The notes beneath the pieces are model-generated. The model was not told where the DNA came from, did no database searches, and saw only the letters and a program-made list of their open reading frames with translations. DNA of 64,000 nucleotides from Eledone cirrhosa (Eukaryota), in assembly GCA_964016885.1 (NCBI GenBank), contig OZ024742.1, positions 234,608,001 to 234,672,000 of the forward strand, given 5' to 3'. Numbering within the stretch: the first letter of the stretch is position 1; every line of letters starts with the position of its first letter. Below are positions 63,166 to 64,000 of the stretch, in pieces. The translations under genes were made by a program, and so were the position numbers.

Positions 63166-64000
63166 CATCATCATCATCATCATCAACGTTTAACGTCCGT
63201 GTTCCACGCTTGCATGGGTTTGGACGGGGGTAGTCCCACTTGAGGCAAGAGTGATTGTCTTGCTCGCATAGGACTGTCTGGCAGGTTTTCTACAGTTGGA
63301 TGCCCTTCCTAACACCAACCACATTTACAGTGTGGGTCTGGGAGGTTTTTACCGTGTTGCCTACACGGCCACATTACAGCGTGGACTGTGTGTTTTTTTG
63401 TCGTGACACCTACACGATCTCATTTGTTTCGGCCTCGATGGCGCGGCACCAACATAACTTTACATAGAACGGGGTGGTGTGGATCGGGTGGGGGTGGTGG
63501 TGGTGGGACGGGGTGTATTTTGTTAGAGATGCCTACTGGCTGGAGTAGGTTTTACTATATATTTAGGTAAGGCGGGTCTTCTCTGTTACTGAGTAGCGCC
63601 AAAGGTCTCGGTCCAGTGACATTGTCTTGGAGAGGTGTAAGTGTGTGATGTCGGAGTTTATCAGCTCGTCCCAGGTTTTTCTAGGTCTGCCTATTCCGTG
63701 ACTACCGTCTATCTTTATTGCCCTGCACTTTGTTATACAGCTATCGACTTTCATGCGCATCACGTGTCCATACCAACGTAGCCTTCTCTCGAGTAAACAA
63801 CATCTGATCCCTCTTATCTCTAATTTTTTCCTTAGTTCGTTTATGCTTTGCCGTTCACGTATATTACTGTTACACATCCAGCGGAGCATGCAAGCTTCGT
63901 TCCTCTCTAGTCTGCGTATATCCTCTGCACACAATGCCCAGGTCTCACTGCCATGCAGCATTGCTGTTCGTATGCAGGCATCGTACAACCTGCCTTTCAT
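63166..64000 (-). mobile_element. RTE LINE 3' end, open ORF, continues beyond the window
   Basis: MKGRLYDACIRTAMLHGSETW..RRLRWYGHVMRM..GRPRKTWDE. Closely matches 58751-59490 in inverted orientation. Confidence 0.92.

Noticed and set aside
1305-63570. Numerous short 60-130 aa ORFs in the track
   Set aside because: They fall in microsatellites, antisense TE sequence or AT-rich DNA and have no recognisable motifs.

Overview
AT-rich, microsatellite-rich animal genomic DNA with spliceosomal GT-AG introns. The repeat complement suggests a cephalopod, probably an octopus, but this is inference. Two genes are clearly recognisable and sit head-to-head, with only 342 bp between their ATGs around a small GC-rich promoter. 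One is a completely intronless 884-aa SYCP1 (synaptonemal complex transverse filament) ORF on the minus strand (38290-40944). The other is SNRPA1 (U2 snRNP A') on the plus strand, with seven coding exons traceable from 41287 to 56714; its last exon was not found and probably lies beyond the window. The left half appears to hold the 3' end of an unidentified plus-strand gene: several candidate terminal exons and a ~6.5 kb repeat-poor putative 3' UTR. The rest is dense with mobile elements: RTE, CR1/L2, Tx1, R4/Dong, CRE and Penelope retroelements, tRNA-derived SINEs, two internally deleted piggyBacs with related MITEs, a hAT MITE with a perfect 33-bp palindrome, and DDE transposase relics. The most notable observations are the probable SYCP1 retrogene sharing the SNRPA1 promoter, a PHD-like zinc finger embedded inside the RT of an RTE family, inverted-repeat pairs that could form dsRNA, and a pre-miRNA-like hairpin at ~840. 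TE boundaries are approximate unless TSDs or TIRs are quoted. Comparisons with human proteins are from recall, not from a search.
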